Shown: piece after piece, positions 63,411-64,000 of the stretch
How the letters are laid out: each line of letters opens with the position of its first letter
Numbering within the stretch: position 1 is the stretch's first letter
Assembly: GCF_009914755.1 (NCBI RefSeq)
Contig: NC_060927.1
Strand: one strand, 5' to 3'
DNA length: 64,000 nt
Origin: the human T2T-CHM13v2.0 reference genome, Homo sapiens
Position numbers and translations under genes: made by a program
The notes under the pieces: model-generated
Told to the model about the DNA's origin: nothing
What the model saw: only the letters and a program-made list of their open reading frames with translations
The model's database searches: none

Positions 63411-63558
63411 CTTATAATAGGACTTTGCATTGTTAAAAAGAAGCTGGAAGTCAGCAGTCAGCAAATTAACATCATCATACTCTTCCATTTTTAGTTTCTG
63501 TTGGATTTTCATCAAGTCAATGGGCTGAGAAACCACTTCATAATAGTCTGGTTGATTT
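63411..63558 (-). CDS. PBRM1: PBRM1 coding exon (~exon 4, 148 nt), bromodomain 1: (R)[49 protein letters not shown]
   Basis: Manual minus-strand translation matches the recalled BAF180 sequence; acceptor ...ataacag, donor AAG|gtaaga. Confidence 0.96.
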
Positions 63559-64000
63559 CTGTTATAATTTAAATTTTTTTAAAGGAGATTAATCTGAAGC
63601 TTACAAAAAGTTTTATTTCAAAACTATTTATGGTAATGTTCAACATTCCAAGTGACAGAGCATATTAGAATCTTTCATGGACTTTGAAGCTTACTTAAAA
63701 AAAAAAAAAAAAAGAAAAAAATCTGCAAAAAAAGAAAAAGAAAAGCAAGATGCACACTCATTCCCTTTTCAAAACATACGTTAATGATATAAAAACCTAA
63801 ATTAACACCTGTGATGGTCTTTTATATGCTAACTGTTTAATGTTTAGGGCACCAACGCTAAACCCATGTCAATGGTATCCTTTATAAATGAAGATGACTT
63901 ACCTTTCATAGTGCTCAAAAGTGTGAAAACAGAGATATGTCTCAATACTCTTTATAAACTTACAAAACAGATTCTTTCTTCAGTAAGTGACCACATAAAT

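Noticed and set aside
63875-63883. GTATCCTTT U12-type donor consensus
   Set aside because: On the + strand, antisense to PBRM1, with no supporting exon

Overview
Primate (human-like) genomic DNA lying wholly inside PBRM1 (polybromo-1/BAF180, the PBAF chromatin-remodelling subunit), which is transcribed from the minus strand. Fourteen consecutive coding exons were reconstructed by hand with GT-AG boundaries. They are about exons 4-17, total 2331 nt, form one continuous reading frame and encode bromodomain 1 (partial) through most of bromodomain 6. A 45-nt in-frame cassette exon lies at 19809-19853. The introns are very Alu-rich (roughly 65 Alu/FLAM/FAM copies or fragments) and also carry old L1, L2, MIR, MLT1 and MER DNA-transposon remnants. 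Almost all other ORF-track entries are Alu or repeat translations. No prokaryote-type system (CRISPR, operon, rRNA/tRNA) is present, and I cannot demonstrate a wholly new biological system. The best leads are: (i) an apparent splicing-regulatory module in the Alu-poor intron 14 (microexon with an upstream UGC, a downstream GCAUG cluster and candidate poison exons); (ii) a perfect 65-bp locally templated insertion with a flanking duplication and microhomology; (iii) inverted Alu pairs bracketing exons 10 and 12; and (iv) repeated reuse of identical retrotransposon target sites. Exon numbering and repeat subfamily names come from recall of consensus sequences, not from searches, and repeat boundaries are approximate.
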